Positions 27,043 through 32,000 of a stretch of DNA of 32,000 nucleotides are shown here, in pieces (position 1 is the stretch's first letter; every line of letters begins with the position of its first letter). Source of the stretch: Breznakia blatticola (GTDB lineage Bacteria > Bacillota_I > Bacilli_A > Erysipelotrichales > Erysipelotrichaceae); NCBI RefSeq assembly GCF_004365815.1, contig NZ_SODD01000007.1:37560-69559 (forward strand), given 5' to 3'. The position numbers were made by a program, and so were the translations under genes. The notes beneath the pieces were generated by a model. That model was not told the DNA's origin. It did not search any database and saw only the letters and a program-made list of their open reading frames with translations.

Positions 27043-27258
27043 GTTATACCTCCTGTCGCTTCAAATGAATGCAACGTTGTATAGTTTAAGATGTGGTTTA
27101 AGTTGTAGGTAAATGTCTTTTCGGATCACTTCCACGTATAAACTATGCATACATTATAACGTACACATCCAAAAAAAGAAAATAATTATCCCGAGTAACA
27201 CCTACAAGATTTCATCTAAAATGCATAGCTTATAAACAAAACGCATAAAAGATACATA

Positions 27259-27291
27259 TAAAAAAAGAAGAAATTAGTAACGATTTCTTCT
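27259..27291 (-). terminator. Intrinsic terminator of the ABC importer operon
   Basis: On the minus strand: AGAAGAAAT-CGTTACTA-ATTTCTTCT followed by TTTTTTT. Confidence 0.7.
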
Positions 27292-27386
27292 TTCATCTAT
27301 ATATATCGAACATTGTAATATAAGGCGATGAGGGAGGGAGTGAAGGCCCTCCTCATCATTCAAGGATCACAATTGGTTCGCAAATT

Positions 27387-28196
27387 TTAATCTAATAGCA
27401 TACTGTCACTAAAGTCGTTGTGACTTTTTTGTTGGTACAATTTCATCACATCTTCAATAGTTAAGTTCGCTTTTTCTTCGTTGGAAAACTCATAAAGAAT
27501 TTTCCCTTCATTCATCATAATTAAACGATTTCCATAAGCTAATGCTTGGGCAATGTTATGGGTAATCATAATGGTTGTGATGTTTTCTTCTTTAATAATC
27601 GTATCGGTAATTTCCATTACTTGTTTTGCAGTCTTTGGATCAAGAGCTGCAGTATGTTCATCAAGAAGTAATAAATCAGGTGTATTAATTGTTGCCATCA
27701 TCAATGTAAGTGCTTGCCGTTGACCACCTGATAGTAATCCAACTTTACTTGAGAAACGTTTCTCTAAATCTAGACCTAATAAGGAAACTTTGTCTTTCAT
27801 CAATTGACGTTCTTGTTTTGTTAAACCAATTTTGAAGAATCGATGATATAAACTGTTTTGAGAATTTCCACGTCGATAAGCAAGTTCCAAATTCTCTTCA
27901 ATACTCATATCTGGAGCTGTTCCTTTTAATGGGTCTTGAAACAAGCGACCAATTTTCTTAGCACGGTTGTATTCTTTCATATATTCCATATGTTTTCCAT
28001 TAAGAATGATTTGACCTTCATCTACTTCATAACTTCCGCTTATACAATTCAATAAGGTACTTTTACCTGCACCATTACTTCCGATAATCGTAATGAAATC
28101 GCCATCGTTAACTTTCAAACTCACATCATTCAATGCCTTTTTCTCGTTAACGGTGTGTTCGTTGAATGTAATACTGATATGTTTAAGTTCTAACAT
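27387..28196 (-). CDS. ABC transporter ATP-binding protein (COG1101-like)
   Basis: Walker A GSNGAGKST, signature LSGGQRQ, Walker B LLLLDEHT. The ATG at 28196 follows GGAGG and sits 1 nt after the permease stop. The ORF-track start at 28241 lies inside the permease gene. Confidence 0.9.
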   Translation of the reverse strand: MLELKHISITFNEHTVNEKKALNDVSLKVNDGDFITIIGSNGAGKSTLLNCISGSYEVDEGQIILNGKHMEYMKEYNRAKKIGRLFQDPLKGTAPDMSIEENLELAYRRGNSQNSLYHRFFKIGLTKQERQLMKDKVSLLGLDLEKRFSSKVGLLSGGQRQALTLMMATINTPDLLLLDEHTAALDPKTAKQVMEITDTIIKEENITTIMITHNIAQALAYGNRLIMMNEGKILYEFSNEEKANLTIEDVMKLYQQKSHNDFSDSMLLD

Positions 28197-28197
28197 A

Positions 28198-29121
28198 TTA
28201 CTTACCTCCAATTCTGCGTGCACGTTTCCGCTTTTTCTCAATAAATGTTTTAATGGTTGGAATCGAAATTACAATTGCGACTAAAGATGCACATAATAAT
28301 TTCCAATCATTCGGATCCATTCCTTGAGCTAAGGCAAAAGATAACAGTAAACGATAAACCATTGCTCCAAGTACAATTGAAACAAGTGAATTAAGTACAC
28401 TACGTTTACCAAATACACTTTCACCAATGATGATACTTGTTAGTGCAACTACCATCATTCCAATACCTTGAGAGATATCATAGAAGGTTTGGTGTTGTGT
28501 ATAAATCGCTGCACATAAGCCAACAAATCCATTAGCTAGTCCCAGCCCCATAATTTTCATCGCATCAGTATTGATTGAACTTGCTCGTACCATTTCTTCG
28601 TTATTTCCGGTTGCACGTAAGGCAAGTCCCATCTGTGTTTTAAAAAATACATAAAGTAATAGCATGCAGATAATAACAATCACCAACAATAAGATTAAAT
28701 TGCTGTGATCAAGCATACTTGTTGGTAAGCCAATACTAGCAAGTACATCATGAAATTTCGTAAAGATGGTTTCTACACCAAATAATGAAAGGTTTGGTGT
28801 ACCACCAGCAATTTTTAAGTTGATCGAATATAATCCAGTCATTGTTAGTATTCCTGCTAAGATGTAATTTACTTTCATCTTTGTGTGCAAAAATCCAGTG
28901 ACCATTCCAGCGAAGCAACTTACGAGTGTACCGCCAAGGATGGCTAAAAACGGATGTCCAGCAATAGATAGTACAGCACTTGTCACTGCACCTGCAGTAA
29001 AGCTACCATCTACGGTTAAATCTGGAAAGTCCAATACTTTGAATGTTACATAAACTCCAAATGACATAATGGAAAATAGTAATCCTAATTCAATTGCACC
29101 CAATATTGTATTTACACTCAT
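28198..29121 (-). CDS. ABC transporter permease (COG4120-like)
   Basis: 307 aa and polytopic. GGAGG RBS. Sits between the binding protein and the ATPase. Confidence 0.85.
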   Translation of the reverse strand: MSVNTILGAIELGLLFSIMSFGVYVTFKVLDFPDLTVDGSFTAGAVTSAVLSIAGHPFLAILGGTLVSCFAGMVTGFLHTKMKVNYILAGILTMTGLYSINLKIAGGTPNLSLFGVETIFTKFHDVLASIGLPTSMLDHSNLILLLVIVIICMLLLYVFFKTQMGLALRATGNNEEMVRASSINTDAMKIMGLGLANGFVGLCAAIYTQHQTFYDISQGIGMMVVALTSIIIGESVFGKRSVLNSLVSIVLGAMVYRLLLSFALAQGMDPNDWKLLCASLVAIVISIPTIKTFIEKKRKRARRIGGK

Positions 29122-29149
29122 ACAAGTTCCTCCAATGTTTACTCAAATA

Positions 29150-30130
29150 TTATTTTACTTCTACGACAGTTTCGTGGTTTTTCTTGATTGTATCTAGGGT
29201 TGTGATATTCAGTTTGTTTGCTACATCTGTATTGATGTAAACACTCAAGTTATCTTTAAATACTTTTACTGGAATATCTGCTGGGCTTGTTCCGTTTAAT
29301 ACTTTGATTGTCATCTTTCCAGTTTCTTTTCCTAGAGATGTATAGTCGATTCCTACAGTTGCTAGCCCACCATCAGCTACCATTGAATCCGCCCCAACAA
29401 ATAATGGGGTGTTTGTTTTGTTTGCTACAGCACTTACAACATCCATTGCACTTGCCACAGAATTATCATTTGGTGTAAATACGATATCTGCTTGTTGGCA
29501 TAGGTTTTGCATTGAACTTTGAATATCTGCAGTATTAGCAAATGCACTTTCATATACTTCTAATCCATTTGCTTTGGCATATTCTTTTGCTTTATTCATA
29601 TTGCTCACAGAGTTTACTTCTCCTGAGTTGTATAGCAATCCAATTGATTTAGTTTCTGGGAGCATCTCTGTTGCTAATGCAAGAATTTGATCTACTTGTA
29701 CTTCATCACTAGTCCCAGTGATGTTTCCTCCTGGCTTTTCTAAACTATCCACAAGTTTTGCACCAATTGGATCAGATACAGCTGAGAAGATAACTGGAAT
29801 ATCTTTACTTACATTTGCTGCAGCCATTGCTGAAGGTGTTGCGATGGCAATAATTGCATCGACACCATCATCTTTAAATTGTTGGCAAATCGTGTTTAGT
29901 GTACTCATATCACCATTTGCATTTTTATAAACGATTTCAATTGAATCGTCAGTATCTGTAATTTCTTTTACGGCAGCTTCACGAATCGTATTTAATGATG
30001 CATGATCCACAATTTGTACAATACCTACTTTCTTTGATGAACTGTTACCTCCATCTTTTTTGTCGCCTGAACAGGCCACCAATGTACATACCATTAATAA
30101 ACTCATAGCCAAACATAATACTTTTTTCAT
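29150..30130 (-). CDS. ABC transporter substrate-binding lipoprotein (PF04392/COG2984-like); tryptophan inferred from the T-box specifier
   Basis: Lipobox LVACSG. The KVGIVQIVDHASLN pattern is typical of the ABC_sub_bind family as I remember it. GGAGG RBS. Confidence 0.82.
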   Translation of the reverse strand: MKKVLCLAMSLLMVCTLVACSGDKKDGGNSSSKKVGIVQIVDHASLNTIREAAVKEITDTDDSIEIVYKNANGDMSTLNTICQQFKDDGVDAIIAIATPSAMAAANVSKDIPVIFSAVSDPIGAKLVDSLEKPGGNITGTSDEVQVDQILALATEMLPETKSIGLLYNSGEVNSVSNMNKAKEYAKANGLEVYESAFANTADIQSSMQNLCQQADIVFTPNDNSVASAMDVVSAVANKTNTPLFVGADSMVADGGLATVGIDYTSLGKETGKMTIKVLNGTSPADIPVKVFKDNLSVYINTDVANKLNITTLDTIKKNHETVVEVK

Positions 30131-30183
30131 TTTCTTTTCCTCCTATATGTTTTGGTCATGATGCATTTAATTGTAGCTTTGAA

Positions 30184-30456
30184 TAAAAAAACACTTGTCC
30201 TTGCTTAAAAAATAAGCTCAAGGACAAGTGTATCTTACACATGCGGTGCCACCTTGTTTGATTTGATTTACCAAATCCAACTTTCAAATGCTATCACATT
30301 CTTAACCCTATAACGTGGGTATCCGTCTTACCTACTTGAAATACATCTTTCAGTTCGCCCTCATGGGTCCATTTACGAAACAGCATCTCTGTGAGATTTC
30401 CACCATCACTCACTCTCTATTAGCGCTTAAATCGCTTGATCTCCCATTCATTGGTT
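30184..30456 (-). promoter_or_regulatory. T-box riboswitch leader, specifier read as UGG (Trp)
   Basis: Read on the minus strand. Stem I base ATGGG (30447-30443) / CCCAT (30367-30363). Stem I also carries AGAGAG and distal GGTGGAA. The specifier loop reads GTAAA-TGG-A (TGG = complement of 30371-30369). T-box sequence GGTGGCACCGCAT (complement of 30241-30253). Terminator stem ACACTTGTCCTT / AAGGACAAGTGT at 30191-30231 followed by a T-run. Confidence 0.85.
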
Positions 30457-30462
30457 TATCAA

Positions 30463-30491
30463 ATAGTAACAAACATGAAAACACATGTCAA
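30463..30491 (-). promoter_or_regulatory. Sigma-A promoter of the Trp T-box operon (TTGACA-17 nt-TACTAT)
   Basis: On the minus strand, TTGACA is the complement of 30486-30491 and TACTAT is the complement of 30463-30468. Confidence 0.6.
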
Positions 30492-30842
30492 TGAAAAATG
30501 TAATTTTTTCATAAAATGTAAATTGTTACATAATAAGATAAAGAAAAAAGTATCCATTATATAGCGAATACTTTTCTCTTCGATGAAGTCTTTTTTTCTA
30601 GTTAAACTAGAATATATAGACATTTCTATCCCATTCTTTGCGTATATCCATCACACATAGATATACATCAAAGATAAACACATACTATCAACATATCACA
30701 TTTGATAGTACTTACATATTACAATATAAATGATAATAAATCTAGAGAATCAAATGAAAAATGTAAACTAATGTAACTAAATGTAAGTTTATTCATTAAT
30801 GATGAAGGATAATAATATATCATAACGGTAATACCGATTATG

Positions 30843-30880
30843 AATAAAAACTGCAATATCTAATTTGATAATTGCAGTTT
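30843..30880 (-). terminator. Intrinsic terminator of the histidine-phosphatase gene
   Basis: 10-bp stem AAACTGCAAT / ATTGCAGTTT with a 13-nt loop. T-run on the minus strand. Confidence 0.7.
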
Positions 30881-30888
30881 CGTAGTTG

Positions 30889-31668
30889 TTATTTTAAGTA
30901 AGAGTCATCTCCAACACTTTGTAATGTATACGTACCATCTTTGTAAGTAAGTATTGTAACGGAACAGTTTCCAATATCTTCTCCATTATATTGGTCAGGA
31001 ACGAGTAATGTCATCAATGTAGGAATCATTCCTCCTGAAGAGACAACTAAAACATTATTATGTCCATCTTTTTGTGCATTTGCCACTAACGTAGCCATTG
31101 CTTCTTGTCCACGTTTGGTAATTTGTTCGTATGTTTCTGCTGCTTTTAATGGATCAGATGCAGCAATGGCATCAGCAATACCTTCGTCACCAAGTAATTC
31201 AACTAATTTTGGATAATCTGTCCAATTGTCATCCCATTGTAAGTTGTATTGTTCCAAAATAGGACGCCACATCGCTTCATTGTCTCTACCTTCAAATCCA
31301 CCATAGTTCCATTCTTTAAATCCATCCAATTCAATGATTGCAGGAATGTCATTTTTATTCCCATCAAGTATATGTTGTGCGGTTTCTCTTTGTCTACCTA
31401 AACTACTTGAGTAAGCAGCATCAAATGTAATGTCTTTTAATCCAACACCTACTTGTTTTGCTTGTTCAATCCCTTTTTCTGTAAGTGGGGAATCCGCAAA
31501 TCCTTGAACTTGTCCCGTTGTATTAAACCATGTTTTTCCATGACGAACTAAATAGATGGTTACTTCATCACTTGTTTCTTTATTCGCTTCTTCTTTTGTA
31601 CTCGTATTACATGCGACTAACGTGAACATTAGTACGAATGCTAGAGCTACATTCCAAATTCGTTTCAT
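30889..31668 (-). CDS. Histidine phosphatase (phosphoglycerate-mutase) family lipoprotein
   Basis: Catalytic RHG motif (YLVRHGKTWFN). Signal peptide with lipobox LVACN. The ATG at 31668 follows AAGGAGGA; the ORF-track start at 31704 has no RBS. Confidence 0.85.
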   Translation of the reverse strand: MKRIWNVALAFVLMFTLVACNTSTKEEANKETSDEVTIYLVRHGKTWFNTTGQVQGFADSPLTEKGIEQAKQVGVGLKDITFDAAYSSSLGRQRETAQHILDGNKNDIPAIIELDGFKEWNYGGFEGRDNEAMWRPILEQYNLQWDDNWTDYPKLVELLGDEGIADAIAASDPLKAAETYEQITKRGQEAMATLVANAQKDGHNNVLVVSSGGMIPTLMTLLVPDQYNGEDIGNCSVTILTYKDGTYTLQSVGDDSYLK

Positions 31669-32000
31669 TTCATATCCTCCTTGAAAACAGTTGTAGTACT
31701 TCAACGTCTATCTCAAGTATAGAATTTGAAGTAAAAAGATAAAGCGAATATTTTGCCACTTTTGTTTGGCAAATTCATAAACATGGCAAACGTTGACTTT
31801 CTTTATATTCTTTGAGATTGTTAGGATAGTAAAGTTGGGGGACATATGAGAAATAATAGAAAAATTCAATTATTAAAAATACTAATGCGTCAAGAAGATT
31901 ACATAAAGACAAACTATCATATGTCAAGTAAAGAATGATATTGGCATATAAATAGGTGATTGTCTTAGTTTAGAGGTGAATCCTCTATAAAAACTTCAAT

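Noticed and set aside
30516-30531. TGTAA-ATTG-TTACA as a GlnR/TnrA box
   Set aside because: The GlnR/TnrA consensus is TGTNA-N7-TNACA. Here the half-sites are only 4 nt apart.

Overview
AT-rich, Firmicutes-like chromosomal window (Erysipelotrichia/Clostridia style: strong GGAGG ribosome-binding sites, T-box leaders, ECF transporter), made up mostly of core metabolism. Left to right:
- a truncated flavodoxin/ferredoxin gene
- an XRE-type membrane-anchored regulator and a convergent DUF2500-like gene
- ddh-ogt
- an FtsX-type ABC exporter pair
- three small orphan genes, including a CarD/CdnL-like one
- a seven-gene arginine biosynthesis operon, argGHCJBDF, behind a T-box leader whose specifier I read as CGC (Arg)
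- a stand-alone tRNA-Glu
- an MFS transporter translationally overlapped with a long ArsR-type regulator
- a PadR/DUF1700/DUF4097 operon
- a stand-alone tRNA-Ile/tRNA-Ala pair
- an operon of an unknown membrane protein, cardiolipin synthase and a patatin-like lipase
- on the minus strand, an ECF S-component/coaBC/coaX/helical-repeat operon
- a PF04392-type ABC importer behind a T-box with a TGG (Trp) specifier
- a secreted histidine-phosphatase lipoprotein

I found no CRISPR array, transposase, integrase, phage gene or recognisable defence system, and no compelling novel system. The best leads are:
- the two T-box regulons
- the promoter/terminator arrangement in front of the CarD-like gene
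- the lipid-remodelling operon with phased direct repeats upstream
- the uncharacterised gene overlapping coaX
- a 400-bp AT-rich spacer with phased ATGTAA repeats

All calls come from reading the sequence and the ORF translations. No database searches were run.
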